This document shows, piece by piece, positions 50,891 through 64,000 of a stretch of 64,000 nucleotides of DNA. The DNA lies in assembly GCA_030390025.1 (NCBI GenBank), contig CM059425.1, forward strand, positions 174,904,001-174,968,000, written 5' to 3'. A program made the translations under genes and the position numbers. The DNA is from Squalus acanthias (taxonomy: Eukaryota). The notes beneath the pieces are model-generated. The model was given only the letters and a program-made list of their open reading frames with translations, ran no database searches and was not told the DNA's origin. Each line of letters starts with the position of its first letter. Positions within the stretch are counted from its first letter, which is position 1.

Positions 50891-51711
50891 GTAACCGAAG
50901 ATTCCAGACTACAGGTCGCTACACTGCATTTTTTCTAATACGTCAATTTTAACAATGCTTTGGCTGCTTTACCAGTATGTTTTGCTATTTTCATTAACAA
51001 ATGCATGTTGTACTCCTTACTGTGTCCTTTTGAAAATATTTACAAAATGGTGCTTAAGTAATAATTGGCATGCATTGCAGCTGTACTCTACATATGGAGG
51101 GAAGGCGTAAAAGATCATAGTAAGGATTATATTTGAATCAAGCTTGGTGTCCAAAAGAATTCTAGCAGAAATCAACAGAACCCAAATTAACTCATCTAGC
51201 AATAGAATCATTAGTTCAATATATATTGGTATTCAAATAACTTTTATATTGTAACCAGCAAAATTACAGAACAATATTTTACACAAAGGGAAGAAATGAC
51301 CTGATTTCTAACAACTGGAATTCTGGCATTAATCTGAATGTTATTAATTCCAGCAATATTTTGTCATGTTGCTTCTAATTCCACCTGCAGAAGTAGTATT
51401 GCTTGCTTTGCTATAACTATTTGCTGGCTGTTATTACTTGAAGTTGTTTCCTTAAAGATTTAAATTTCTACGGGTCTTTTTAAAAACAGTTGTATACTAT
51501 TCAGTGACACCTTTGGTCAAGAAGTCAGCGTAGTACCAGTAAACAGGATTAAACAACTGAACTATAATATTGTGCGGATAATGCTTACCTGTTATAGAAA
51601 CATAGAAACTAGGAGCAGGAGTAGGCCATTCGGCCCGTCGAGCCTGCTCCACCATTCAATACGATCATGGCTGATCATCCAAATCCAGTACCCTGTCCCT
51701 GCTTTCTCACA

Positions 51712-52038
51712 CAGAATCCCCATCGAGCCTGCACCGACACATATCCCACCCTATCCCCGTAACCCCACGTATTTAATTCCCCCTAACATATCCCTTCCTA
51801 TCCTATCCCCGTAACCCCACATATTTAATCCCCCCCTAACACTAAGGGTCAATTTATCATAGCCAAATCAACCTAACCCGCACATTTTTGGACTGTGGGA
51901 GGAAACCGGAGCACCCGGAGGAAACCCACGCAGACACGGGGAGAATGTGCAAACTCCACACAGACAGTCACCCAAGGCCAGATTCGAACCCGGGTCCCTG
52001 GCGCTGTGAGGCACCAGTGCTAACCACTATGCCACCGT
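51712..52038 (-). mobile_element. HE1-like (V-SINE) tRNA-derived SINE, preceded by a CR1 3' tail (51594-51708)
   Basis: - strand A box tggcatagtgg, B box ggttcgaatc; V-domain gtgactgtctgtgtggagtttgcacattctccccgtgtctgcgtgggtttcctccgggtgctccggtttcctcccac; internal ~45-bp tandem duplication. Confidence 0.88.
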
Positions 52039-52165
52039 GTTATGTATGCTTCTCAAATTATTGGAACGTGCATTACTACAAAAGTGAGTAAACTAAAGGG
52101 ACCCAGTAGCATGTTGGCTTCCCAATTAGAGATGTTGAAAATCACGATTGCTGTTGAAACTCAAT

Positions 52166-52868
52166 GGCCCGGATATTCCGATCCCTACGGGTGGGTATGC
52201 GCTATGTACCCACCCGTAGGGACATCGGAAATGACGGCTTCAGGCATGCACAGCGCATGCGCTGAAAACCTGCATTTCCGCTCTGTCAAGAAACCTCTTG
52301 ACAGATCGGACGCCTGCCCTGGAGAAGGGCCTCTGCGGGCAGATAGTTCCGCTTTTTGGAGACCCTCCGCCCGCAGAAAACCCTTAGAATTGTTACGCCT
52401 GGTAAAAGCAGGCGTAAGGCCTGCTTTTACCAGGATAAGAGTTGAAAAGGGTAAGTTTATTTTTAGCCCTGTAAAAAAAACTTTATTTTTTTCAAAAAAT
52501 TTAATTTTTGTTTAAAGTATTTAATTTATTGTAATTTCAACTAATTTTAAAAAGGTGATTTTTTTTTTTAATTTATTTAAAGTTTTACTATTTTTTTCAT
52601 TGATCTCCATTCATATATTTGACAGGTCTATCTGTCAAGTGTATAAAGGGAGATTCCCTTCTTTGATTGGCTCCCCATGGCCCACGTGATCCCAGGGATG
52701 CTTGCGAACCGCATGCGCCCCTGGGATACGTAGGCCCTGCGCACTTGAAGTTGGAGAGGCCCAGCATCGGAACTATACGCACCTCAGGAGCCCTCAGGTA
52801 AGAGCATAGATTTTTTCCAGATCGGAGGCTTCCGCACGCGGGAAGCCTCTGATCGGAAAATACGGCCC
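52166..52868 (-). mobile_element. PIF/Harbinger-type MITE, inverted copy of 8383-9144
   Basis: TIRs ggcccggatattccgatc / gatcggaaaatacggccc; TSD aat at 52163-52165 and 52869-52871. Confidence 0.88.
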
Positions 52869-53719
52869 AATATCTCTCAGTTAGCAAGAGCATAGACTTG
52901 ATATTTTGTGGTAATACTCCTCCAAGTAGAAGTAGGACTGGTGAACCCTATCCTGTTGAACCTGCTGCCTATTGTAAATGGCACAGTTTGAGATTTGTGG
53001 CTCAAATTCTCAATGCTGGCTAAAAGGGAGACTTACTGGCTGTGAGAAGTGGAATGGAATTGGCAAACAATGAGGCTGAGATTCCTTGGGGGGTTCTTCT
53101 AGTCTCCTGCCTCAAAAATTCTGTTTCATTGGTGGGGGTGAATTTTTCCACCATCCACCGGCCACTTACTCCGCACTATGTGGCTTTTACTAGTGGGGGA
53201 AACCCCAGATGTGTGGCAGAAACCTGCTTTTTGTGGCCTTGCCCCCGACCATGTAAACCTTGGTAGGGTTAGTGGTGGCGGGCACATATCGGCAGTATAT
53301 TTCATTTTAAAGTCCAATGCACTATCATTAAAGTTTATATAAACCATTTCCTGGACATTTGAAAAAAACTCTCATCAGCTTTGATAATTAAATAAAATTT
53401 GAGTGCAGATGGTACTTTGAAAATGTTTTCACAAGTATACCCAGTCAGACTGAATTAGAAATAGAAATTCTGAACATTATCCATATGTGGAACTATTCTG
53501 GAAACAAAATGCTGTGCAAAATAAGGAAGATTCCAGCTCACCTTAAGCTGTTGGTTCTAATCTTAAATTAAATCCAATTTGCATTAAATAAGTATCTGCT
53601 CTGCATAAATAATAAATAATCAGAGTAAATAATTACTAATTAATTTCAAATCAAACTAATCAGTCAGCTAATTAATACTAGACCTCAAGTGATTTTACTA
53701 GTTCTGTCTATAAATTACT

Positions 53720-56700
53720 GCTAATTGATAAATAAATAAATAAAGATTAGAGATGGCAGCACAGGCAATGCAATGTGTTGGGACTGAGATATGTGGGAGC
53801 TTGTGGACAGCGAGACTGTCCCAGATTTCCACATCTGCAGGAAATGGCTCTGCCTTGAGTTACTCCAGCTCAGAGTCGTTGAACTGGAATACGAGTTAGA
53901 GACACTCTGACACATCAGTGAGAGTTTTCTCCAGAGTGCAGTCACATCTCAGAATAAAGCGCACGTGCAAGAAGGGGCGAATGTGACTCAGTCAGCAGGG
54001 TACGGGGAACCAAGTGGAGATAGAGAAGGAGGTCCCACAGACACTGGTCCTATCCAACAGGTACAATATACTTGCTACCTGTGAGGATAAGGATGCTGCA
54101 GGTAGGATGGCCAGAATGCTAACCATGGCACTGTGAAGCAGGAGGCAGTCCAAGGGGGGAAGGAACAGATAGAAAGGTTGTTGTCATAGGGGATTCGATC
54201 ATTTGGAGAGTATAGAGTCCTGTACAGTCGCGACCGAAAGTCCAGGAGGGTGTGTTGCCTACCTGTTGCAAGGGTAAAGAATATCTCTGAGCAACTAGAG
54301 AGGAACTTGGAAAGGGAGGGGGAAGATCCAGTTGTCGTAGTTCATGTTGGGACCCATGACATAAGGAAGAAAAGGGAGGAGGTCCTTCTAACAGAATATC
54401 AAAAGTTAAGAACTAAATTAAAACAGGACATAATGGGTGGTAGTCCCAGGATGACTACCCGAGCCACGTGCTAATTGGCATAGGGATAGGCAGATCAGGA
54501 AGGTGAATGTGTGGCTGAAAGACTGGTGTGGAAAGAAGGGATTCCATTTCATGGGACACTGGCACCGGTACTGAGCCAGGAAGGAGCTATATGGCTGGGA
54601 TGGGCTTCACCTGAACCGGAATGGGACCAGTGTCCCAGCAGAAAGGGTAAATAGGGTTGTAGATAGGATTTTAAACTAGTAAGATGACGGGGAGGGATCT
54701 AGTGAAAATAACGTAAACCTGAAGATAAAAGAAATAGGAGATGAAAGTAAAGGTCAGACCAAGGTAAAGAATAAGGGTATAAACGATCAGGTAACAGATA
54801 GTTATAGAACATGAGTAAAATGACTATTAAAAATGAAGTGAGTGGAACAATTAATAAAAACAAAATAAATTGCCTGTACAGCAATGTATACAGCAGCCGA
54901 AACAAAACGGTGGAACTGGAGACAATAATTCGTAGCGAGGAGCCAGATGTAGTAGGAGTAACTGAAACTTGGCTTAATAAAGAACAGGACTGGCAGTTAA
55001 TATTGCAGGATATAACATATTTAGAAAGGATAGGGAAGGAAGAAGGTGAGTGGGGTAGCTGTACTAATTAGAGATAACATAATGATAGTAGTAAAAAGGG
55101 ACATAACTAACATTAAGATAGAAGTAGAATCCATATGGATTGAGACAAAGGATAAGAAGGAATCAATCACATTAATAGGGGTATTCTACAGACCACTTAA
55201 TTGTGGAAGGGAAGTGAGGAAAGAAATATGCAGGCAAATCTATGAAATGAGTATAAGACATAGTTGAATCATGGGAGATTTCAACTATCCCCAAATAAAC
55301 TGGCAAGAAGATGTAGGAAAAAGGGAATCGAGTTTTTACAGTGTGTTCAGGGCTCCTTTCTTACCCAGTACATAAGCTCAACAAGAGAAGAATCACTACT
55401 GGATCTGGTAATGGGAAATAAATCAGAGCAGATCAGAAATAAGTATAGGGGAACAGCTAGGCACTAGCAGTCATAACATGATGAGGTTTAATAAAATGAT
55501 TGAGAAAGACATAAGTAAGACAAAGACCAAATTAATAGATTGGAAAAGAGCTCATTTCGAGGCAATGAGAATGTAACTAGGGAAGGTAAACTGGAAAAAA
55601 ATTGACAGGCAAAGAGGTAAAACAGCAGTGGGAACTATTTGAAACGGTAATCAATGGAGTTCAGGAGAAATATAATCCACTAAAAAAACCAAGAACAAGC
55701 TAGCTAATGAAACACCATGGATGAATAAAGAGATAAAAGTAAAATTAAAACTAAAGAAAAAGGCAGTAAGTACATAGACAATAAAGGAGAGGATGACAAA
55801 AGGGGATACAAAGAGGTTAGGAAAGAAGTTTAAAAAAAATTTGGTAAGCAAAAAGGAACTAGGAAATTAAATTATTGAAGAATATAAAAAGAAACAGTAA
55901 AGCATTCTACAGATACATAAATAACAAAAGAAAAGTTAGGATAGAAATAGGGCCACTAAAGGATGCGCAAGATAAACTCACAGGTAATGACAACAAAATG
56001 GCAGAAATATTGAATAGTTACTTTGCCTCAGTATTTACCAGGGAAACTAACAGGGTGGGCATGACATTAGAAGAAGAGATCAAAGACATTTAAGATAGAA
56101 AATGGGGTGATAATTGATCAACTAATCAAACCTAGAGAGGATAAAACCCCTGGTCTGGATGGATTGCATCTGCGCATATTAAAAGAAACTAGGGAAGAGT
56201 TAGCAGAGGCACTATTACATATATAACAATTCATTAGAAAAGGGAATAGTGCCAGACACTGGCAGACAGCTAATGTTGTTCTATCTCTCTTTTTAAATAT
56301 AGGAATAAGTCCAGGAAACTATAGACCAGTTAGCTTAACGTCAGTGGCAGGAAAGATTAATTGAATCTTGACTCAAAGATGTAATAGAAAAACATCTAGA
56401 AACCGAAAATATAATAGAGTAGTCAGCATGGATTTCAAAGGGGAAGGGATCAAGGGATATGGAGATCGGGCGGGAAAGTGGAGTTGATGTCGATGATCAG
56501 CCATGATCTTATTGAATGGTGGAGCAGGCTCGAGGGGCCGTATGGCCTTCTCCTGCTCTTACTTATGTTCTTATGTCATGCTTGATCAACCTTATTGCAT
56601 TCTTTGAAGAAGTAACAGACAGAGTAGACAAGGGTAGATGTCATATATTTGGACTTTCAAAAGGCCATTGATACGGTACTGCATAGTAGACTCATAACTA

Positions 56701-58198
56701 AGGTCAGACCATGTGGATTCAGGGAACAATTAGCAGAATGGATAGCAAGCTGACTACAAAACAGTAAACTAAGAGATAGGGTTAAGGGTAACTGCTCGGA
56801 CTGGCAAAAGGTGGGAAGTGGTATTTCACAGGGATCGGTGCTGGGACCACTGTTGTTCACTACATAGATGATTTGGATTCTGGAATCAGAAGTACAATTT
56901 CAAAATATGCAGACACCAAATTGGGAGGTGTAGTTAATACAAAGGAAGAATGCGACAAAATACAGGAAAACACTAATAAACTTGCAGAATGGGTATGTAA
57001 TTGGCAAATGAAATTCAGTATAGGTAAGTGACATTTTGGTAGGAAGAATAAGGAGGCCACATACTGCTTGGATAATAGGAATCTGAATGAGGTGGAAGAG
57101 CTAAGGTATCTATGAGTACAGATACGTGAATAGCTAAAAGTAGCGATGCAGGTTAATAAGACCATTTTTTTTTTTAAAAAGCAAACCAAGCATTGGGGTT
57201 CATTTCTAGAGGGATAGAATTGAAGAGCAGGGAAGTTATGTTAAACTTGTATTGAATATTGGTTAGACCACACTTGGAGTACGATGCACAGTTCTGGCCT
57301 CCATATAGAGGCACTGGAGAAAGTGCAAAAAAGATTTACTAGAATGATACCAGAACTGAGAGGGTGACTTATCAGGATCGACTGAACAGGCTGGGGCTCT
57401 TTTCTCTAGAAAAGAGAAGGCTGAGCTGTAGGAGGGCTTTAAGATAATGAAAGGGTTTGATAGGGTAGACGCAGAGAAAATGGGCCGTATTTTGCGACCC
57501 CCTACAGGTGCGTACGAGGTGCGCACACGCCCTTAACGGCCACGCAATTTCCGGGTTTAGGCATGCAAAGCGCATGCACGAAAACCCAGTACTTGCGATC
57601 TGTCAAGAATTCTCTTGACAGATGATCCGCATCCCCGGGAAAAGGGCCTCCGCGGGCGGAGAGTTGTGTTATTTGCCCAACTTCCGCCCGCTGAATGCCC
57701 GTGAAAGCAGGCGTAAAGCTTGCTTTTACCAGCATAAGCGTTTTAAAAAATAGAAAAATATAATTTTATCACTCATTTATACATTAAAAACCCTGTCCAA
57801 TAAGGTAAGTTTATTTTTAGACCCATTAAAAAATATAAATTTTTATAAATACAAATTAAATTTTTGTTTAGGCCAATGTTTCCACTTGTGGTGGAGTCCA
57901 AACTATACGTCATAAATATAAGATAGTCACGAATAAATCCAATAGGGAATTCGGGAGAAACCTCTTTGCCCAAAGAATGGTAAGAATCTGGAACGCGTTA
58001 CCACAAGGAGTAGTTGAGGCAAATAGCACAGTTGCATTTAAGGGGAAGCTAGATAAGCACATGAGGGAGAAAGGAATAGAAGGATATGCTGATAGGGTTA
58101 GATGAAGTAGGCTGGGAGGAGGCTCATGTGGAGCATAAACACTGACATAGACCATTTGGGCCGAATGGCCTGAATCTGTGCTGTTCACTCGATGTAAC
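53720..58198 (+). mobile_element. Near full-length, heavily decayed CR1 LINE with ORF1 (Zn-finger-like + SGNH esterase remnant) and ORF2
   Basis: ORF1 remnants GDS, VCCLP.ARV, VVVHVGTHDI, DGLHLN..GT; ORF2 CLYSN, VGVTETWL, GVFYRP; nested CR1 tail about 56446-56576 and MITE 57482-57874. Confidence 0.88.
57482..57874. mobile_element. Shortened Harbinger-type MITE inside CR1
   Basis: Begins gggccgtattttgcga, ends ggcc; TSD aat both sides; removal restores CR1 gagaaaatgtttccact. Confidence 0.85.
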
Positions 58199-58717
58199 GT
58201 GATGTTAGCTATTGCTAACGGGCAATTTACTGGACAGACCAGAATATCACTACCCAACGTCATGAAATCTGATTTTACCCATCCAATATTCTGAAGTCCA
58301 GGGAGTCAAAGCAGAGTTAATAAAGCTGTTGTAGTTTATAATATTAAATTAACCAGAAAAAAGCTAGTGGCAGAAAGTCCAGTTTAAGTGGATTTGGACC
58401 TTCTGATATTGTCTAATTAAAATATTATTCTAACACTGGAGTGTGAATATAGGGCTAAATGTAACACTATTGGCCAAACTCAGTTGAAGTATAATCCCAT
58501 CCAACCTCTGCTTAGCTAGATGGTGGTAAGTCAAGAGAAATGTCTACTGCCACAGTAAATTATCACCAAATGTTTACAGAGGTCTTGAAACAGGGAAAAT
58601 TATATCCTTGGATTTACTGTTTGTTTATGAAATTTTCAGTAATTTGGCTTCATGTCATTAATTGTTGACCCTGTGATGTGAACAGAATTTAACCTTTTTG
58701 GTTCGCTTGGGCTATAG

Positions 58718-59096
58718 GTGGAAATGGTATATTCGCTGCTGTCAATGCTTGGTACACACGACAAGGATGATATGTCTCGAACTTTGCTAGCAATGTCTAG
58801 TTCTCAGGACAGCTGTATAGCTATGCGTCAGTCTGGTTGTCTTCCACTGCTCATACAGCTTTTGCACGGCAATGATAAAGACTCTGTGCTGCTAGGCAAT
58901 TCACGTGGCAGTAAGGAGGCCCGTGCACGGGCTAGTGCTGCACTACACAATATAATCCATTCGCAGCCAGATGACAAGAGAGGAAGACGAGAGACCCGTG
59001 TTCTTCACCTGCTAGAACAGATCCGTGCTTACTGTGAGACATGCTGGGAATGGCAGGAAGCACATGAGCGAGGCGTGGATCAGGACAAAAATCCAA
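58718..59096 (+). CDS. APC: APC coding exon (379 bp; classical exon 9, pre-armadillo region)
   Basis: ctatag| acceptor, CCAA|gtatga donor; VEMVYSLLSMLGTHDKDDMSRTLLAMSSSQDSCIAMRQSGCLPLLIQLLHG...QDKNP. Confidence 0.98.
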
Positions 59097-60897
59097 GTAT
59101 GATATTTTCTGTACAGTATTATTTGTGAATTAGTTGCATTGCATTTTTCTATTAAAAGAAGCAGCCTTTAAGAAAAAATAACGTCGGGAAGTTCTGTTTT
59201 TTAAACTCTTCATTCTAATACATATATGGCAGCTTCTTTTATTAAAGATGTATATTTTTGTTAAAATTAAATTAGTAATTGTGTTTAGGGTAGGTTTCTC
59301 TTCAGCATCGCAGCTTGAAGACTTTTGCAGCTATATTGTAATCTATCATGCTTTCAGGTCTTGAGTGTCCGTTGCATCTGGGCTGCTGCTGTTAGCATGA
59401 GGAAGAGCACTATTTGTACAATACCATGTCTATTTTCTCCTGTGGGTATAAAAAATTGTCCTAGTAATTGACAGATTTAAACAGAAATATTAACAATATT
59501 ATGTTTGCACCAAGTTCTAACCTTTCCCAATTGTACCGGTTCTAGCTAGCAGCAGGCACCAGGCGTCCACCAATGCTGCTCTGTGACTGCCTGTTGAAAA
59601 GATATATTAGTGTGCTGTGAATTGGCTTGTCCTTTTTTGTTCCTTCCTGTGGGAAGATGGCTGTCAAAGTGATCAAAAGGAGCTTTAAACTTTGTCATTT
59701 GGGATATAATTACAAACTTAGTTTTATGGTACCGTGTGTTTGTGTATTAATATACTGGTAGGGCACCCGATGCTAGGATCTGTGTTTGAAGTCTAGACAA
59801 AAAAAAATTCCTGTCGTCGACTGTCCCTCCTATCTTTAAACGTAACTTACCCACCTCTCCATGACTTCCATCTAGGATGCTGTACTGGGCGATATTGAAG
59901 ATGTCATACAAGGTGCCAAGTTGAAGCTCCAAACGACTATAATAAAATATGAAAGTCAGGTTTAACAATATCCTTCACATGAATGCATGGCTGAAGATAA
60001 CCAGATGGCCCTATATGTCCAAACTAAACTGCTGCCTTATAATGCACTTACATACAAGTATCCCTCTGGTTCCATGATGACCATAGACATAATTCCAACC
60101 TTTTCCATTCCTCAGTTTTTTATTTAAGTTACCATGGACAATCACACACACATCTCCTTCTGATGCTGCAAAGATATCTCATCAGCAGAGTTCAAACCTC
60201 TTCATCATGGAATAAAACGCTATACAAAAGCCCAGGCTAGCAACATTTCAGCCCCTAAGGCCTGCTAGTGTTATCTTTACAATGAACATCAGCCTACACA
60301 TGTCAAAACTCCAGTACTTGAGGGCCTAGTATGGTTATTGGGGTTTACAGTCAGATTGATAGGATCATTACTCAGTGCAGACAATCAGAATCTTTCACTT
60401 CAACGATCCCTACCCAAAATTTAGGTATAATGCTGTTAATTCACAAGTATAGTACCCCTTTGTCTCCCCTTTCTAAAAGTCACTGTTTATTAAAGATCTT
60501 TTACAAGCTCTCAAACTGTAGAGATAGTTCCTCCTGATCAAGATAGCCTGCATTTTTTTCTTTATTTGTTTAAATCACCAGTGAGAAGGGGAGAACTCTC
60601 TTTTAAAGAATGTATGTTGTTTATGCTGCTCAATATGCCATCTGCAGCAAAGAGGAAGACTGGCCTACTTTTACACCTTTGTGTTCTGAAACCAGCCATT
60701 TAAACTAGCCTTGGCAGCCAGGTGGCTACTCCTGGTGACCATTTGCATCTTCAACTGTGTGTTGTGTAAATATATTGATTTATTTCAGTCTATTTATCAT
60801 GAGCAATTTTCTAGGCATTTGTGACGTGCTTAATTCATATATGTGTTTATACAATAAAAGCTGTCATTTGTTTTCTGCACTGTATAGTTACTACTTC

Positions 60898-61109
60898 TGA
60901 TGTGGAGATGCTGGAGATGCCCAGATGTTGGACTGGGGTGGACAAATGTGAGAAGTCGCACAACACCAGGTTATAGTCCCAACAGTTTTATTTGAAATCA
61001 CAAGCTTTCGGAGCACTGCTCCTTCGTCAGGTGAAGTCACCTGACGAAGGAGCAGCGCTCCGAAAGCTTGTGATTTCAAATAAAACTGTTGGACTATAAC
61101 CTGGTGTTG
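60898..61109 (-). mobile_element. Short fold-back (Penelope-3'-end-type) insertion, copy 3, with hammerhead motif at 61037-61073
   Basis: Inverted repeat about 60961-61109 centred at 61035/61036; perfect 12-bp TSD agttactacttc at 60886-60897 and 61110-61121. Confidence 0.9.
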
Positions 61110-61136
61110 AGTTACTACTTCAGTTGAGTATTATAT

Positions 61137-61458
61137 GCCCTTTTTTTTCCCTCCCAGAAGCTGGCAGCTGTCCTTCATTCTGCCAGTGCATTTCACACTT
61201 CTTTTAGCCTCCACCTGTCACATTAACACCTCCTCTTGCCTTGATCATCTTTTAATGTCTCTCAATGTCTCTTAATCTCTCCTTTTGTTCTTTCATCCCC
61301 TCCCCCTTTTCCCAGCTTTATCCTTGCTTTAAATCTATTTCATTTCCTGCCTTTTTCAGTTCTGACGAAAGGTCTTTGACCTGAAACGTTAACTCTGTTT
61401 CTCTCTCCACGGATGCTGCCTGGCCTGCTGAGTTTTTCCAGCGTTTTCTGTTGTTATT
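61137..61458 (+). mobile_element. Penelope 3' UTR-only insertion with hammerhead motif at 61358-61394
   Basis: Homologous to about 46600-46909; 13-bp TSD ttgagtattatat at 61124-61136 and 61459-61471; agtt-CTGACGA-a-aggtc(ttt)gacct-GAAAC-GTT-aact. Confidence 0.9.
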
Positions 61459-62037
61459 TTGAGTATTATATATGTTCATTTAATTAGTATGATACTTTTT
61501 ACAGCACAGAAAGAGGCCATTTTGGCTTATGTTTTATTACCTTGACATCCTCATAACCAGTTAAATGAATTCCAGTCATCAACTTTCTTGAACTGTTGAT
61601 ATACTAACAATGCTGATTTTTTTTTTAAATGTAAAGCTGCTGAAAATGCAGGCCTGGGTTTTACGCTTGTGCGCTCACCAGCCGATTAAAGTGAATGGAC
61701 TGGTCAGCACAGAAGTGGAAAATACTGGCCGCAATGTCTAATATAATTTTAGAAATTTGAATTGATCTCTGCACACCTATGTTGCATCAAGCAAAAGGTT
61801 TGCTTTAACTGCATTAATCTTATTATTCAGTAACAGGAAATGTAACTTTTCTTGCTTTTGTTCTAAAACAGTGCAGTACATAAGATCAGTTTTTGTTTGC
61901 TTAAAGTTCATTTTAATTGACTTCAGTGATTTCTAGAGTTTATGTTTGGAAGTTATACTACAAAATTTGAAAATAAAACGGAGATAAATTTGAATTGCCT
62001 CCTGTTTAAGGTTTATGTATGCATTATGTTGCTCTAG

Positions 62038-62133
62038 TGCCATCTCCAGTGGAACACCAGATCTGTCCTGCAGTGTGTGTACTTATGAAGCTTTCATTTG
62101 ATGAGGAACACAGGCATGCAATGAATGAATTAG
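62038..62133 (+). CDS. APC: APC coding exon (96 bp; start of armadillo repeats)
   Basis: ctctag| acceptor, TAG|gtaagc donor (phase 1); (M)PSPVEHQICPAVCVLMKLSFDEEHRHAMNEL(G). Confidence 0.97.
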
Positions 62134-63831
62134 GTAAGCTATGCCAATCTTGTCGACTAGATTAGAGAGCATACTTTCCATATTCTGTACTTTTTAATGT
62201 ATTCAAAAATTGGTTGCATCAGAACAAATAACGTGTTCATTTAGTGGCCCTTGGCGGGAAAAATTACAATGTCTTAGAAATTGCATCCCACAGTTGGACT
62301 CCAAATCAGAGTGCCATAGATTTAATTTCTAATTTTAATTTGGAATATTTGTGGCAGAGTGCTATATTGAAGGGGCGGGGGGGAGCGCGGTGAACAAGGG
62401 ACTGGCAGAATTGAGTCCTGCTCCACAGAAATGCACCTTCAGTTAACTTAAGCAAATGACAGGAATCATGGTGAAAATTATGACCTCTGCCATCTGCACC
62501 TCCAAGCTGTAGCTCAAGAAGGAATTGTCATTATGAAAGATAAGTAGGGGGAGTAGGCAAAACCTAAAAGAGTAACAAGGTATTGTGGTTTGTGACCTGC
62601 TAGTGTTGGCTGTTGATGCTATAATAAAGTTGTAGCTTAGCTTGTTTTACTGCACATTTTTATCTTCAAAGAAAGTGACATTCAGTTTTTCATGTCAATT
62701 ATCTGATTTACTTAATTTTTTTAAATCCACTGTTTCAAGATTGATGCTTGCTTAGGGTCATGACCTTGCCTACAGAACATTTTATGCTATTAAGCTACAC
62801 TAGATAGCCCTGTAAGGAAACCTTCTAAAATTACTAATTAGGACCTCCTTTGCCCGATGCTAAAAGGGGAAAAAAATCAATAAGCTTTTAGATGTGTGAT
62901 GTGAGAGCAATTCATTCCTAAGTGCACAACAGTCACAGAAGCCACTCGAGATTTGATCGTAGTCTCCACAATTTGGAATCTTGGTTCCTAGTCCCTCAGC
63001 ATACGTATGCATTTGATATAAGTATGTTGACTCCCGTCCATGTGCACATGCACACATCAAAGCTAAAACATGCATTAAACAGTAAAGTGAAATTCAAACT
63101 AGGATTCTTAGTATTCAAGAATACATACACATAAAAACAAGGGTAGGATAAAAAGAAGGGTAGGATAAGGACCATCAGGTCCATCTGTGAGATTCCTCTC
63201 TGACGCCCTAAGTCAATCAGCTAAATCTATCGAAGACTGCGGTTTCCATAAACCCTTACAATTGCAACCACATAACTTGCTTTCTTAAATTCAGAATGGC
63301 CCCCTGTCAAAAACCTGTCAAGTTCCTTTTTAAAGGACAGCGATGAATCCATACTCACCATGGCCTGGATTTTGTGGTCAGCGACGAAGGAACAGCGCTT
63401 GCTGTTCACTACGCTTACAGCTGTCCAGAGTTTTCGAGGGTTTTTGAACAGCTACTTGTCATCGAGCATCTGATCCAGCGCGGCACCCTCTTCAGGGGAT
63501 CTGTGACGTATGTGAGCAGAGCAGAGCAAGCAACAGCGTGGCTCCAACCAATCAGATTGAAGAACCCTCACTGCAACATGCAGTCTAAACCAGGAAGTAT
63601 AAATTAGAATATTTAATTCATTGTACAATCATGTACAGAAAACAAAATTAAGTGAAGGAAAGAAAGATGGGATTGAGAGAGAGAGAGAGAAGAGACAGAA
63701 AGGAAAAGGTTAAAAAAAAAAAAATTTTTAATCAACAACAATTAAATTTTGAAGGAATGAGACTTGTAAAATTAAATTTTCAGTGTCAGAGAGGTTGTTT
63801 GGCAGTAATTAAGACTGTACACCCAAGTCCA

Positions 63832-64000
63832 AGTCATTAATACATAGCAAGAAAAGCAGTGGTCCTAGTACCGACCCCTGGGGAACTGTATGCCTTCCTC
63901 CAGTTCCAAAAACAACCGTTCACCACTACTCTCTGTTTCCTGTCACTTAGCTAATTTCATATCCATGCTGCCACTGTCCCTTTTATTCCATGGGTTTCCA
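63832..64000 (-). mobile_element. CR1 RT fragment running off the window end
   Basis: Near copy of about 35390-35560 (GVPQGSVLGPLLF region). Confidence 0.85.

Noticed and set aside
51980..52038. tRNA gene (also about 30540-30600 and 38005-38062)
   Set aside because: A/B boxes run directly into SINE bodies; no complete cloverleaf seen
62134..64000. Orthologue of the 54-nt alternative APC exon 10A or the next constitutive exon
   Set aside because: No recognisable match by eye; likely beyond the window or absent

Overview
Vertebrate genomic DNA, most likely a cartilaginous fish (inferred from HE1-like and SacSINE1-like SINEs and the CR1/L2/Penelope landscape). The window lies inside the APC (adenomatous polyposis coli) gene on the + strand. 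It holds eight consecutive GT-AG coding exons (1191 bp, roughly human residues 74-470); the gene starts and ends outside the window. Introns are packed with nested elements: CR1 and L2 LINEs, a second CR1-group LINE family, tRNA-derived SINEs, a decayed PIF/Harbinger transposase, Harbinger-type MITEs with AWT target duplications, a hAT MITE and Penelope-like elements. The most striking unexplained structure is a set of ~215-bp fold-back insertions with target-site duplications. Each carries back-to-back minimal hammerhead-ribozyme motifs with compensatory stem changes between copies. A second hammerhead type sits in the 3' UTR of a GIY-YIG Penelope element. All calls are from reading the sequence and recalled family knowledge; no database searches were run.
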